Assembly: GCA_016185205.1 (NCBI GenBank)
Contig: JACPOA010000018.1
Span: 59,914 to 123,913 of the forward strand
Reading direction: 5' to 3'
Source of the DNA: Hyphomicrobiales bacterium
GTDB lineage: Bacteria; Pseudomonadota; Alphaproteobacteria; Rhizobiales; Xanthobacteraceae
DNA length: 64,000 bases
Below the pieces are notes generated by a model. That model did not search any database. It worked only from the letters and a program-made list of their open reading frames with translations, and was not told the origin of the DNA. How positions within the stretch are numbered: the first letter of the stretch is position 1; each line of letters opens with the position of its first letter. Position numbers and translations under genes: made by a program. Shown in pieces: positions 53,192-63,622 of the stretch.

Positions 53192-53323
53192 TGAGCATGA
53201 TCTAATCCGACCTTCCTTCGCCCGCCGATCCAGCCTTCGCAGCCGAAGCGGCTGCTTCGGCGGAGTAGGCAGCGGGCTTCGCGAAGGCGGGAAACCGGTT
53301 CCCACTTTTCAGGATCATGCTCA
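53192..53323. repeat. 132-bp composite palindromic element (REP-like family, copy 3) filling the MCP/moaA convergent gap
   Basis: Outer arms TGAGCATGATC (53192-53202) / GATCATGCTCA (53313-53323). Inner perfect hairpin GCCGAAGC-GGCT-GCTTCGGC (53242-53261). 'GAAACCGGTTCCCACTTTTC' core as in copy 1, in the opposite orientation. Confidence 0.7.
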
Positions 53324-54373
53324 GCCGCCGGTCACGCTCATGTGGCGCGCCAGCGCCGGCCCCTGGTGGCGGCGATCGATGATGAAATCGTGGCCCTTGG
53401 GCTTGCGCGTGATCGCTTCGTCGATCGCGGCATGGACCAGCTGGTCGCTATCCGAGGCGCGCAGCGGCGTGCGCAGGTCGGCGGCGTCATCCTGGCCGAG
53501 ACACATATAGAGCGTGCCGGTGCAGGTGATGCGCACCCGATTGCACGTCTCGCAGAAATTATGCGTCATCGGCGTGATGAAGCCGAGCCGGCCGCCGGTT
53601 TCCTTGATGCGCACATATCGCGCCGGTCCGCCGGTGCGATAATCGATATCCTCGAGCGTATAGCGTTCGGCGAGGCGCGCCCGCACCATCGACAGCGGTA
53701 GATACTGATCGAGACGGTTCTCGTCGACGTCGCCGAGCGGCATCACCTCGATCACCGTGAGATCCATGCCGCGGCCATGCGCCCATTCGACCAGGCCGGC
53801 GATCTCGTCCTCGTTGACGCCCTTGAGCGCCACCGCGTTGATCTTGACCTGCAGGCCGGCCGCCTGCGCCGCGCCGATGCCGGCCAGCACTTTGTTGAGG
53901 TCGCCCCAGCGCGTGATTTCGCGGAACGTGTCGGCATTCAGCGTATCGAGCGACACATTGATGCGCTCCACGCCGTGCGCCTTGATCTCGGCGGAATATT
54001 TTTCCAATTGCGAGCCATTGGTGGTGAGCGTGAGTTCCTTGAGCGCACCGCTGGCGAGGTGGCGCGATAGCGACGACACCAGCGTCATGATACCGCGTCG
54101 CACCAGCGGCTCGCCGCCAGTCAGGCGCAGCTTGCTCACACCCTTGGCGATGAACGCGCTGCACAGCCGGTCGAGTTCCTCGAGGCTGAGCAGGTCCGCC
54201 TTCGGCAAAAACGTCATATGTTCCGACATGCAATAGACGCAGCGGAAATCGCAGCGATCGGTCACCGACACGCGCAAATAGGTGATGGCGCGCGCAAACG
54301 GGTCGATCAGCGCGCGCGGGTTGCTGCCGGCGCGGTCGCGTTCGAGCGTGGAACTGCCATTGGCTAAGGCCAT
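53321..54373 (-). CDS. moaA: GTP 3',8-cyclase MoaA (molybdenum cofactor biosynthesis)
   Basis: Radical-SAM 'CDFRCVYC', 'LRLTGGEPL', C-terminal '[13 protein letters not shown]'. Confidence 0.9.
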   Translation of the reverse strand: MALANGSSTLERDRAGSNPRALIDPFARAITYLRVSVTDRCDFRCVYCMSEHMTFLPKADLLSLEELDRLCSAFIAKGVSKLRLTGGEPLVRRGIMTLVSSLSRHLASGALKELTLTTNGSQLEKYSAEIKAHGVERINVSLDTLNADTFREITRWGDLNKVLAGIGAAQAAGLQVKINAVALKGVNEDEIAGLVEWAHGRGMDLTVIEVMPLGDVDENRLDQYLPLSMVRARLAERYTLEDIDYRTGGPARYVRIKETGGRLGFITPMTHNFCETCNRVRITCTGTLYMCLGQDDAADLRTPLRASDSDQLVHAAIDEAITRKPKGHDFIIDRRHQGPALARHMSVTGG

Positions 54374-54505
54374 TATCCGTCCCCGGGCGCGGATGCCAGC
54401 ATTCCCCGCCTCTTCATATAAGAGTAGTGGCCGACAATGGCCATAGCGTCCAGCGCGCCGCGAAAATGTTGCGGCGCAATCAGCTCGAAAGCTTGCGTGG
54501 TCGCG

Positions 54506-55012
54506 TCAGCGCTGCGGTGGCGTGGCCGGCCAGGGCGCCGGCGCTTGCTGCGGAGCCGCCGACATAGGGGCCGGAGCTGCTGGCTTCGCGCGGGCCGCGG
54601 CCGGCTTGGCGGCAGGTTTGGCGGCGGGCTTCTTCTTGGGCGGAGCCGGCTTTTTGACCTGCTTCGGCGGCGGCGGTGCCGGGGTGAGTTCCACGATCAC
54701 CGGGTTCGGCCGCAATTCGTTGGGAGACCCGGTCATCGCGATCGGCTCGATGGTCTCGGTTTCCGGCTGATAACCGTTGAGCGTGAAGGAGACGGTCAGC
54801 GGCGAATTGACCGGCAGCGCGAGTGCGCAAGGCGTGCGGCAGGTTTGCCCAGTGGAGGTCTTAGCTTCGGCGCCCGGCGGCTCGGACTCGAAGCGCACCG
54901 TGTCCATGACCGGCGCGGGCTTCATAGCGTCGAGATTCATCCAATCGGAAGTCGATGAACATGCGGCGAGAGCAAGTGCGCCGCTCACCATCACAATGAC
55001 TCGGTACATCAT
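54506..55012 (-). CDS. PEGA-domain lipoprotein with Pro/Ala/Lys-rich tail
   Basis: Lipobox 'LALAAC'. 'FESEPPGAEAKTSTGQTCRTPCAL...FTLNGYQP' is PEGA-like. Low-complexity 'PAPPPPKQVKKPAPPKKKPAAKPAAKPAA'. Confidence 0.7.
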   Translation of the reverse strand: MMYRVIVMVSGALALAACSSTSDWMNLDAMKPAPVMDTVRFESEPPGAEAKTSTGQTCRTPCALALPVNSPLTVSFTLNGYQPETETIEPIAMTGSPNELRPNPVIVELTPAPPPPKQVKKPAPPKKKPAAKPAAKPAAARAKPAAPAPMSAAPQQAPAPWPATPPQR

Positions 55013-55140
55013 GCTAACCCGTCCATTTGAGCGGCATAGACCGCTCTACCCATCATGCAGAATAGGGCTGCGGTCATGGGGTGGCAACCAGTAGCGCTGC
55101 GTTAACCTTACCGCGTTAACCATACGGCATAGCGCTACCA

Positions 55141-55815
55141 TCATTGTGCGGAAAAAATGGCGGTAATCGCTGCCGGCAATTGCGCGAACTGACTGATGAT
55201 GCGGTCGGGTCCGAATTCGGCCACCGGGCGTTCGCTGTAGCCGAAGTCGACGGCTATGACCGGGATGCCGGCCGCGCGCGCGGTCCGGATATCGGTGGCG
55301 GAATCGCCGATCATGATGGCGTCTTGCAGGTGCCCACCTGCCGCCGCGACCGTGCGTCGCAGGACCTCCGGATCGGGCTTCTGCATGCCGAACGTATCTT
55401 GTCCGCAGATTACGTCGAAGCGCCCGGCAAGCTTGAGCTGTTCGAGCAGCAGCACCGATAATCGTTCGAGCTTGTTGGTGCAGACGGCGAACCGGCAGCC
55501 GCGGCTTGCCAGAGCATCAAGGGCATCCACGAGACCGGGGAAGGGCCGCGAGCGGTCGGCAATGTGTGCGGAATAATGCTCGATAAAATCCACAAACATT
55601 TGCTCGAGCTTCGTCGGCGCAAAGACGCGGCCTTCCGCCTCGATCCCGCGCGCGATCATGGCCCGGGCGCCGCCTCCGATCAGGTTGCGCGCGGTCTCGT
55701 ACGGCACCGGCGGCAATCCCTCGCGCGCGAACACCACGTTGAGGGTGTCGACGAGATCGGGCGCGGTATCGATCAGGGTGCCGTCGAGGTCGAAAACAAT
55801 GGTCTGGGCGGGCAT
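55141..55815 (-). CDS. gph: Phosphoglycolate phosphatase (HAD superfamily)
   Basis: 'IVFDLDGTLIDT', 'VCTNK', 'MIGDSATDIRTARAAG'. The ATG at 55815 is chosen. Confidence 0.75.
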   Translation of the reverse strand: MPAQTIVFDLDGTLIDTAPDLVDTLNVVFAREGLPPVPYETARNLIGGGARAMIARGIEAEGRVFAPTKLEQMFVDFIEHYSAHIADRSRPFPGLVDALDALASRGCRFAVCTNKLERLSVLLLEQLKLAGRFDVICGQDTFGMQKPDPEVLRRTVAAAGGHLQDAIMIGDSATDIRTARAAGIPVIAVDFGYSERPVAEFGPDRIISQFAQLPAAITAIFSAQ

Positions 55816-55963
55816 GGCCGGATCGCTAGCTCTCGCCCGCGGTCGATGCAAGGCCAAATGCCGTAACGGCCGACCTTCGATTTTCGGCTATTCAGGCTCG
55901 GCGAACGGGGCTAGATAGGCGGGGCCATAACATCTCCGATCCGCCGTAACGAATTCTCAGCCG

Positions 55964-56668
55964 GTGACGATGAACGCTGATGCCCAGAAACGCGCAGCTG
56001 CCGCTCGCGCCGTCGAATTTGTGCAGTCCGGCATGCGGCTCGGGCTCGGTACCGGGTCGACCGCGAAGTATTTCGTCGAACTGGTCGGCGAGCGCGTTCG
56101 CGCTGGCCTCGACATCGTCGCGGTACCGACCTCGGAGGCCACCCATGCCGACGCCAAGCGCTGCGGCATCCCGCTGACAACGCTGGACGAGACCCCTGAA
56201 CTCGACCTCACCGTGGACGGCGCCGACGAGATCGCGCCCGACCTGAACCTGATCAAGGGGGGCGGCGGGGCGCTGCTGCGGGAAAAGATCGTCGCCGTGG
56301 CCTCCGCGCGCATGATCGTGATCGCCGATCAGAGCAAATGGGTTGGCGCACTTGGCGGCTTTCCGCTACCGATCGAGGTGACCCCGTTCGGGTTTGCGGC
56401 GACGCGGCGGGCGGTGGAGAAGGCAATTGCCGCGATTGGGCGGCCGGGGCCGCTAAACCTCAGGCAGGGCAAGGACGGCCATGCTTTCGTCACGGATGGC
56501 GGCCACTGGATCATCGACGCCGCGCTCGGCCGGATTGACGATCCGGAAGCGATGGCGCATGCGCTTGCGGGTATCCCGGGGGTGATGGAGCATGGTTTGT
56601 TTGTCGGCCTCGCGCAGATGGCGATTATTGGCGGCTCTGATGGCATCAAGATCGTCGAACGATCCTGA
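55964..56668 (+). CDS. rpiA: Ribose-5-phosphate isomerase A
   Basis: '[13 protein letters not shown]', '[10 protein letters not shown]', '[14 protein letters not shown]'. Confidence 0.9.
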   Translation: MTMNADAQKRAAAARAVEFVQSGMRLGLGTGSTAKYFVELVGERVRAGLDIVAVPTSEATHADAKRCGIPLTTLDETPELDLTVDGADEIAPDLNLIKGGGGALLREKIVAVASARMIVIADQSKWVGALGGFPLPIEVTPFGFAATRRAVEKAIAAIGRPGPLNLRQGKDGHAFVTDGGHWIIDAALGRIDDPEAMAHALAGIPGVMEHGLFVGLAQMAIIGGSDGIKIVERS

Positions 56669-56689
56669 TGTCCTGAGCCAAATGGAGTT

Positions 56690-57208
56690 ATGACGATGCG
56701 TTTTATTCAGACCACTCACCGCGCAATCCGCGTGGCTACGGTTGCCGTCGTGCTGGCGCTCGCCAGTCCGGCCGCTTACGCCCAGCAGCCGTCGGCGACG
56801 GCGATCGCAACCGCCAAGGAAATCGTGGCCGTCACCGGCGCCACCGCCTCGTTCAACCCTTTGATCTCCGGCGTGGTCGAGCAGGCGAAACTTCTGTTTC
56901 TCCAGCAGAACCCGGGCTTGGCCAAGGATCTCAGCGAGATTACCGCCAAGCTGCGCACCGACCTGGCGCCCCGTTTCCAGGAACTGGTCAATGACGTTGC
57001 GAAAAATTATGCAACTTCGTTCACGGAGCAGGAGCTCAAGGACATCCTCGCCTTCTACAAGTCGCCGTCGGGAGCGAAGCTGATCGCCAATCAGCCCAAG
57101 GTGGTCGATGCAAGCCTGAAATTCGCGCAAACCTGGGCGAATACTCTGTCCGAAGAGGTGATCGCGAAAATGCGCGATGAATTGAAAAAGAAAGGCCACG
57201 CGCTTTGA
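56690..57208 (+). CDS. DUF2059-domain periplasmic protein
   Basis: Signal peptide ending 'AAYAQ'. 'FTEQELKDILAFYKSPSGAKL'. Confidence 0.75.
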   Translation: MTMRFIQTTHRAIRVATVAVVLALASPAAYAQQPSATAIATAKEIVAVTGATASFNPLISGVVEQAKLLFLQQNPGLAKDLSEITAKLRTDLAPRFQELVNDVAKNYATSFTEQELKDILAFYKSPSGAKLIANQPKVVDASLKFAQTWANTLSEEVIAKMRDELKKKGHAL

Positions 57209-57264
57209 CGCGCGATTACCGGATCGCAATCCGGCGGGCCTGGCCGGCGGGGCGATAGCGGCCG

Positions 57265-58647
57265 ATGGCGGATTACGACGTCGATCTTTTTGTCATCGGC
57301 GCGGGCTCCGGCGGCGTGCGTGCCGCGCGTATAGCGTCGAGCTACGGCGCAAGTGTCATGATCGCGGAGGAGTACCGGGTCGGCGGCACCTGCGTGATCC
57401 GCGGCTGCGTGCCGAAGAAGCTCCTGGTCTATGCCTCGCGATTTTCCGGCGATTTCGAAGACGCCGCCGGTTACGGCTGGACCGTCCCCGATGCCACGTT
57501 CCATTGGCCAACCCTGATCGCCAACAAGGATCGCGAGATCGCGCGGCTGGAAGCGGCCTATACCACCACGCTCGAACGCTTCAACGTCAAGCTGGTCAAA
57601 AGCCGTGCCGTGCTGGAAGACGCCCACACCGTGCGGCTTTCGACCGGCGCGCGCGTGCGCGCCGAAACGATCCTGATTGCGACCGGCGCCAGGCCTTATC
57701 ATGGCGCCCAGATCGCGGGCCTCGATCACGTCATCTCATCGAACGAAGCCTTTCATCTCAAGCAATTGCCCAAGCGCGTGTTGGTCCAGGGCGGCGGTTA
57801 CATCGCGGTGGAGTTTGCTGGCATCTTCGCCGGGCTGGGCGCGCAGGTGACGCTGGTCTATCGCGGCGAAAATATCCTGCGCGGTTTCGACGACGACGTG
57901 CGCGAGCATTTGCGCTCGGAAATGCAACGGCGCGGCATCAAGATCATTACCAAGCAGACCGTGGCAGCGATCGAGAAGGTAGGCCACGGTTACGATGTCG
58001 AATTGTCGGACAACGAACAGATCATGGCGGATTTGGTCATGTTCGCGACCGGCCGCAAGCCGAATGTACATGGCCTCGGCCTCGAAGCCGTGGGCGTCAA
58101 GCTTGGCGAGACGGGTGGCATCGCGGTCGATGGCTATTCGAGGACCTTGGTTCCCAACATCTACGCGGTCGGCGATGTCACCAACCGGATCAATCTCACG
58201 CCGGTGGCGATCCGCGAAGGGCATGCCTTCGCCGACACGGTTTACGGCGGCAAACCGACCGAGGTCGATCACAGCAATGTACCGACCGCCGTGTTCTCCG
58301 AGCCCGAGCTCGGCGTCGTCGGCTTGACCGAGGCGCAGGCGCGCGAGCGGCTGGCCAAAGTCGATATCTATAAGACCAGCTTCCGGCCGATGAAGGCGAC
58401 GCTGTCCGGACGCGACACCCGAACTTTCATGAAACTGGTCGTGGATGGCGTCACCGACCGCGTGGTCGGGTGCCACATTATTGGCCTCGACGCCGGCGAA
58501 TTGATCCAGCTCGTCGGCGTGGCGGTCAGGATGGGTGCGACCAAGGCCGATTTCGACGCCACCATGGCGGTGCACCCGACCGCAGCCGAGGAACTGGTGA
58601 CCATGCGCGAGAAAGCCATGAGCTATGGCCGCGCGGCGGCGGAATAA
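57265..58647 (+). CDS. gor: Glutathione-disulfide reductase
   Basis: 'DLFVIGAGSGGVRAAR', redox-active 'GGTCVIRGCVPKK', C-terminal 'HPTAAEE'. Confidence 0.85.
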   Translation: MADYDVDLFVIGAGSGGVRAARIASSYGASVMIAEEYRVGGTCVIRGCVPKKLLVYASRFSGDFEDAAGYGWTVPDATFHWPTLIANKDREIARLEAAYTTTLERFNVKLVKSRAVLEDAHTVRLSTGARVRAETILIATGARPYHGAQIAGLDHVISSNEAFHLKQLPKRVLVQGGGYIAVEFAGIFAGLGAQVTLVYRGENILRGFDDDVREHLRSEMQRRGIKIITKQTVAAIEKVGHGYDVELSDNEQIMADLVMFATGRKPNVHGLGLEAVGVKLGETGGIAVDGYSRTLVPNIYAVGDVTNRINLTPVAIREGHAFADTVYGGKPTEVDHSNVPTAVFSEPELGVVGLTEAQARERLAKVDIYKTSFRPMKATLSGRDTRTFMKLVVDGVTDRVVGCHIIGLDAGELIQLVGVAVRMGATKADFDATMAVHPTAAEELVTMREKAMSYGRAAAE

Positions 58648-58732
58648 CCATCTGGCATTACGGCTATTCGAATATCTGGCATGGGCAGGGGGCTCTCGTG
58701 TATAACCTGCGCCAGCCGTTGGAGTTTTCGTG

Positions 58733-60115
58733 ATGCCCGAGCGTTGGACGCCCGATAGTTGGCGCAAAAAGCCTATTCAGCAGGCTCCGGTGTATCCGGA
58801 CCGGCAGGTGCTGGCCGATACCGAAAAGCAGCTGGCGACCTTCCCACCGCTGGTCTTTGCCGGCGAGGCGCGCAATCTGAAAAAGGCGCTCGCCAAGGTC
58901 GCCAATCGCCAGGCTTTCCTGCTGCAAGGCGGCGACTGCGCGGAAAGCTTCGCCGAGCATGGCGCCAACAACATCCGCGATTTCTTCCGCATGTTCCTGC
59001 AAATGGCGGTGGTGCTCACTTATGCCGCGGCCATGCCGGTGGTGAAGGTCGGCCGCATCGCCGGCCAATTCGCCAAGCCGCGCTCCTCGCCGACCGAGAA
59101 GCGCGACGGCAAGGAACTGCCGAGCTATCGCGGCGACATCATCAACGACTTCGCCTTCACCGAGGACGCGCGCCGTCCCGATCCGCGCCGGCAGGTCGAA
59201 GCCTATCGCCAGTCGGCGGCGACGCTCAATCTGCTGCGCGCCTTCGCGCAAGGCGGCTATGCCAATCTCGCCAGCGTGCGGCAGTGGATGCTCGGCTTCG
59301 TCAAGGACTCGCCGCAGTCGCGGCGCTACGTCGAATTGTCCGACCGCATCTCGGAGGCGCTCGGCTTCATGCAGGCCTGCGGTCTCGACCTCGAGAGCCA
59401 TCCCGAACTGCGCACCACCGATTTCTACACCAGCCACGAAGCCCTGCTCCTGGGCTTCGAGGAAGCGCTCACCCGCATCGATTCGACCACCGGCGACTGG
59501 TACGCCACTTCCGGTCACATGATCTGGATCGGCGACCGCACGCGCCAGCACGATCACGCGCATATCGAATATGCCCGCGGCATCAAGAATCCGATTGGCC
59601 TTAAATGCGGACCTTCGCTCAAGGCCGACGATCTGCTGCGGCTGATCGATATCCTCAATCCGGACAATGAGGCCGGCCGCCTCACGCTGATCGGCCGCTT
59701 CGGCGCCGAGAAGGTCGGCGAGCATCTGCCGGCGCTGGTGCGCGCCGTGAAACGCGAGGGCAGGGTCGTGCTGTGGTCATGCGATCCGATGCACGGCAAC
59801 ACCATCACCTCGGCGAGCGGCTACAAGACGCGGCCATTCGACCTGATCCTGAAGGAAGTGCGCGGATTCTTCGAGGTGCATCAGGCCGAAGGCAGCTATG
59901 CTGGCGGCGTGCATCTGGAGATGACCGGACAGAACGTTACCGAATGCACCGGCGGCGCCCGCGCCATTTCCGACGCGGAACTCAACGACCGCTATCACAC
60001 GGTCTGCGATCCGCGGCTCAATGCCGAGCAGGCCATCGATCTCGCCTTCCTGCTGGCCGAGCTGCTCAAGAAAGAGCGCTCGTCCAAGCCGCTGCCGGCG
60101 GTCGCCGGGCTCTGA
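58733..60115 (+). CDS. Class II (plant-type) 3-deoxy-7-phosphoheptulonate synthase
   Basis: '[19 protein letters not shown]', '[11 protein letters not shown]', '[10 protein letters not shown]', 'CDPMHGN'. Confidence 0.9.
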   Translation: MPERWTPDSWRKKPIQQAPVYPDRQVLADTEKQLATFPPLVFAGEARNLKKALAKVANRQAFLLQGGDCAESFAEHGANNIRDFFRMFLQMAVVLTYAAAMPVVKVGRIAGQFAKPRSSPTEKRDGKELPSYRGDIINDFAFTEDARRPDPRRQVEAYRQSAATLNLLRAFAQGGYANLASVRQWMLGFVKDSPQSRRYVELSDRISEALGFMQACGLDLESHPELRTTDFYTSHEALLLGFEEALTRIDSTTGDWYATSGHMIWIGDRTRQHDHAHIEYARGIKNPIGLKCGPSLKADDLLRLIDILNPDNEAGRLTLIGRFGAEKVGEHLPALVRAVKREGRVVLWSCDPMHGNTITSASGYKTRPFDLILKEVRGFFEVHQAEGSYAGGVHLEMTGQNVTECTGGARAISDAELNDRYHTVCDPRLNAEQAIDLAFLLAELLKKERSSKPLPAVAGL

Positions 60116-60222
60116 TCTCCGGAAGATTTTTCTCCGGTCCGGTGTTAGTCTAGTCGTGTGAACCCGTTAGCTCGGTGCGGGTACCCGGCATTCGACAACA
60201 ACATCCGGGTTGGGGAGACATC

Positions 60223-61210
60223 ATGAAACGCCATTTTTGACACCCAGCGACGCTTGGCTTCGCACTGGCTGCCTTGCCGTTTTTCTCGGCCGCTTCCGTG
60301 GCACAAATCGCCATATCCGCGAACGACAACAAGGGGTGCGATCAAGATCGATCCCGCCGATCCGAAGAAGACCACGGCCAATAATCAGGTCTCGGTAATC
60401 GATCTCAAGGCCAAGCCGCCGGCGGTGATCGCAACCGTCGAGGCGGGCGCCGCCCCGTCCGGTCTTTCGATCAATCCGGCGGGCACTTTGGCGCTGGTTG
60501 CCAACCGCAATGATGGCACCGTGTCGATTTTCACCATTGCCAACAAGACGCTGACCGCGGCCGGCACGGTCGATTTCGGAAATCCGAAGTCTGGACCGAG
60601 CCATGTCGCGTTTATGCCCGACGGCAAGACGGCGCTGGTGACACGCGATGGCGATCATCGCATCTCCGTGCTCAGCGTTGACGGTAACAAGGTCGAGGAC
60701 ACGAAGAAGTTCATGGTTGCCGGCTTCCGCCCCTATAGCATATCCATCAGTCCGAAGGGCACCGTGGCCGTGCTGACCAACCAAGGTGGCGGGCAGGGCG
60801 ACACCGACATGATTTCGGTCATCGACCTCAAGCAAAACCCACCGCGCATCGTGGATACGATTGCCGTCGAGCAAATTCCCGAAGGCGCCACAATGTCGCC
60901 CGATGGAAACTATGTCGCGGTGACGATGCAGAACGGCTCGAACAAGCCGAAGGCGCATCCGAACTATCACAAGGGCAGCGTCCTCTCGATCTTCCGTATC
61001 AACGGAACCAAGCTGACGCTGGCGGCGAAGGGCGAATTCGGCGCCTGGGGGCAAGGCGTGGTGTGGAGCAAGGATGGCAAGACCCTGTTGGCCCAATCGA
61101 TGGCGGACAAGTCGCTCGACGTGTTCTCGTTCACCGGCAGGGCGCTGAAAAAGACCGACACAATTAAGGTCAATGGTGGCGCGGCGGGTATTCGCACCGC
61201 GTTGGACTGA
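60223..61210 (+). pseudogene. Secreted beta-propeller repeat protein (YncE/lactonase-like) disrupted at the 5' end
   Basis: ATG at 60223 behind GGGGAGA. In-frame TGA at 60238-60240. The signal peptide 'ATLGFALAALPFFSAASVAQ' is in the ATG frame, and the propeller body (60254-61210 ORF) is in another frame; the switch falls at a GGGG run near 60333. Confidence 0.55.
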
Positions 61211-61272
61211 CTTGCGGCTGATATCGCCGTTCACGATTGCCGTAAGGAAGGGCAGGCGCTAGATCATTCCCC

Positions 61273-62928
61273 ATGAGCGCCCGCCCTTCCGATAGGCTCG
61301 CGATCGCCGTCGCGCAGCTCAACTCGACCGTCGGCGATATCGCCGGTAATGCCGAGAAGGTCCGCCGCGCGCGCCAGGAAGCAGCCGCGCAGGGCGCCGA
61401 TCTGGTGGTTTTCCCCGAACTGTTCATCGCCGGCTATCCGCCCGAGGACCTGGTGCTCAAGCCGGCGTTCCAGGCCGCCTGCCGCTCGGCGGTCGAGGCG
61501 CTTGCCCGTGAAACCGCAACGCCCGGACCGGCCTTGCTGGTCGGCACGCCCTGGTTGGAAGGCGGCAAGCTCTACAACGCGGTAGCGCTGCTCGATGGCG
61601 GCGCGATCGCGGCGCTGCGCTACAAGGTCGATCTGCCCAACTACGGCGTGTTCGACGAAAAGCGTGTATTTGCCGCCGGCCCGATGCCGGGGCCGGTGAA
61701 TTTCCGCGGCGTGCGCCTGGGGCTGCCGATCTGCGAGGACATCTGGGGCGAGGAGATCGTCGAGTGTCTGGCGGAGACCGGCGCCGAACTGCTGGTGGTG
61801 CCGAACGGTTCGCCCTATTGGCGGCAGAAGGGCGACGTGCGCATCAACATCGCGGTCGCGCGGGTTACGGAACAGGGGCTGCCGACCGTTTACGTCAACC
61901 AGGTCGGCGGACAAGACGAACTGGTGTTCGACGGCGTCTCGTTCGGCCTGCACGCCGATTGCACGCTGGCGTTCCAGCTCGCGGGCTTTCTGGAAGCCGT
62001 CGTCACCACGCAATGGGTTAGGCGCGACGCCACCTGGCGCTGCGAGAACGGGCCGATGGCTGCCAGCGTGGAAGCCGAGCGCGCCGACTATGCCGCCTGC
62101 GTGCTTGGTTTGCGCGACTATGTAAACAAGAACGGATTTCCCGGCGTCGTCCTCGGTCTTTCCGGCGGCGTCGATTCCGCGCTGTGCGCGGCGATGGCGG
62201 TCGATGCGCTTGGCTCCGAGCGGGTGCGCTGCGTGATGCTGCCGTTCAAATTCACGGCGCAGGAATCGCTCGACGACGCGGCCGCCTGCGCCAAGGCGCT
62301 CGGCGCGCCCTATCAGGTATTGCCCATCGCGCGCGCCGTCGAAGGGATCGAGGCGGCGCTCGCGCCTGCATTCGATGGATTGAAGCGCGACGTGACCGAG
62401 GAAAATCTGCAAGCGCGCGCCCGCGGCACGATTCTGATGGCGCTCTCCAACAAATTCAATCTGATGGTGGTGACGACCGGCAACAAGTCGGAAATGTCGG
62501 TCGGTTACGCGACGCTCTATGGCGATATGAACGGCGGTTTCAATCCGATCAAGGACCTCTACAAGACCGAGGTGTTCCGGCTGGCGCGTCTGCGCAACGA
62601 ATGGAAGCCGGAAGACGCGCTGGGGCCCGGCGGTTTGGTGATCCCCGAGAACATCATCACGCGGCCGCCGACGGCGGAATTGCGCGAGAATCAGAAGGAC
62701 GAGGACTCGCTGCCGCCTTATTCGGTTCTCGATCCGATTCTGGAGCGGCTGGTCGAGCGCGAGGAGCCGATCTCGGCCATTGTCGCGGCCGGCTTCGACC
62801 GCGATACCGTGGTGCGGGTCGAGCGCATGCTCAACATCGCCGAATACAAACGCCGGCAGGCGGCGCCGGGCGTGAAGGTGACGCTGAAGAATTTCGGCCG
62901 CGACCGCTGGGCTGCAAACCAGCCATGA
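61273..62928 (+). CDS. nadE: Glutamine-dependent NAD+ synthetase
   Basis: N-terminal CN-hydrolase domain ('VVFPELFIAGYPPEDL', 'ICEDIW') plus C-terminal 'LGLSGGVDSA' PP-loop. Confidence 0.9.
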   Translation: MSARPSDRLAIAVAQLNSTVGDIAGNAEKVRRARQEAAAQGADLVVFPELFIAGYPPEDLVLKPAFQAACRSAVEALARETATPGPALLVGTPWLEGGKLYNAVALLDGGAIAALRYKVDLPNYGVFDEKRVFAAGPMPGPVNFRGVRLGLPICEDIWGEEIVECLAETGAELLVVPNGSPYWRQKGDVRINIAVARVTEQGLPTVYVNQVGGQDELVFDGVSFGLHADCTLAFQLAGFLEAVVTTQWVRRDATWRCENGPMAASVEAERADYAACVLGLRDYVNKNGFPGVVLGLSGGVDSALCAAMAVDALGSERVRCVMLPFKFTAQESLDDAAACAKALGAPYQVLPIARAVEGIEAALAPAFDGLKRDVTEENLQARARGTILMALSNKFNLMVVTTGNKSEMSVGYATLYGDMNGGFNPIKDLYKTEVFRLARLRNEWKPEDALGPGGLVIPENIITRPPTAELRENQKDEDSLPPYSVLDPILERLVEREEPISAIVAAGFDRDTVVRVERMLNIAEYKRRQAAPGVKVTLKNFGRDRWAANQP

Positions 62929-63575
62929 ACGAGTTGGCAAACTTTCTCCGGGCTCGCACTGGCGAGAGCCTTTTCGTCGGAAAAGGTTTGCATATCGGCG
63001 TTGGTCCAACCCAGCTTGGTCAGGCCAGCTTTTACGACTTCGTAATCGCCTGCGATTGCCGGCGGATGCTTGCGTGGGGACTTGCGGCCGTCGGCGATCG
63101 CCTGAAATACGGTTTCCATTTGAGCTTGCAGCCGATCTGCGTAGGGCGAGCCGTGCGCGAGGCCGATGATCACAGGGCTTGCCTCGCCACGTGAAATGAA
63201 TTCGAAGCAGGCATTGACGTTGTTCTTCTTTAGTTGCGTCAGGTTACTGAAAAATGCCATCGCTACCGTTTTAAGCAGCGGCAAGTTGGCGGAGAGCGCC
63301 TCATCCGCGTGTTGCCGTCGCAGCGCGACCAGCGCACGATACAGATGCTGATATATTTCGTTATCTGTTTTGTTTTGACCGGCGAAGTCGCCGGCCTCTT
63401 TAAGTCTTGCCGCGTACCAGTCCGGAAAATCCCGTTGGACGATCCGCCACACGGCTGTTGATCGAAGCTTCGCATCGATTGAAGCGACGCCGCCGAATGT
63501 CTGTTGAGCGCGCGCCGCAAGCGGCCACGCAACAGCCAAGGCCACTGATGTTGTGACGAAATCGCGCCGTCTCAT
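62718..63575 (-). CDS. Hypothetical exported protein; 3' end uncertain
   Basis: Signal 'MRRRDFVTTSVALAVAWPLAARAQ'. The last ~70 codons run antisense through nadE and look non-protein-like (Ser/Arg/Thr-rich). Confidence 0.5.
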   Translation of the reverse strand: MRRRDFVTTSVALAVAWPLAARAQQTFGGVASIDAKLRSTAVWRIVQRDFPDWYAARLKEAGDFAGQNKTDNEIYQHLYRALVALRRQHADEALSANLPLLKTVAMAFFSNLTQLKKNNVNACFEFISRGEASPVIIGLAHGSPYADRLQAQMETVFQAIADGRKSPRKHPPAIAGDYEVVKAGLTKLGWTNADMQTFSDEKALASASPEKVCQLVHGWFAAQRSRPKFFSVTFTPGAACRRLYSAMLSMRSTRTTVSRSKPAATMAEIGSSRSTSRSRIGSRTE

Positions 63576-63622
63576 CTTTAAGCCCCCTCAACGTTTCTGT
63601 CGGCACTGTGCTTTTGGCTATG

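Noticed and set aside
54530-54700. Repetitive GC-rich DNA that might be a tandem repeat or CRISPR-like array.
   Set aside because: It encodes the Pro/Ala/Lys-rich tail of the PEGA lipoprotein ('KPAAKPAAKPAA'). This is compositional low complexity within a CDS, with no spacer-repeat structure.
60238-60240. In-frame TGA in the beta-propeller gene as a selenocysteine codon.
   Set aside because: It sits at codon 6, within a signal peptide. There is no obvious SECIS-like hairpin immediately downstream and no sel genes in the window. A second lesion (a frameshift) lies nearby. A pseudogene or a sequencing error is more likely.
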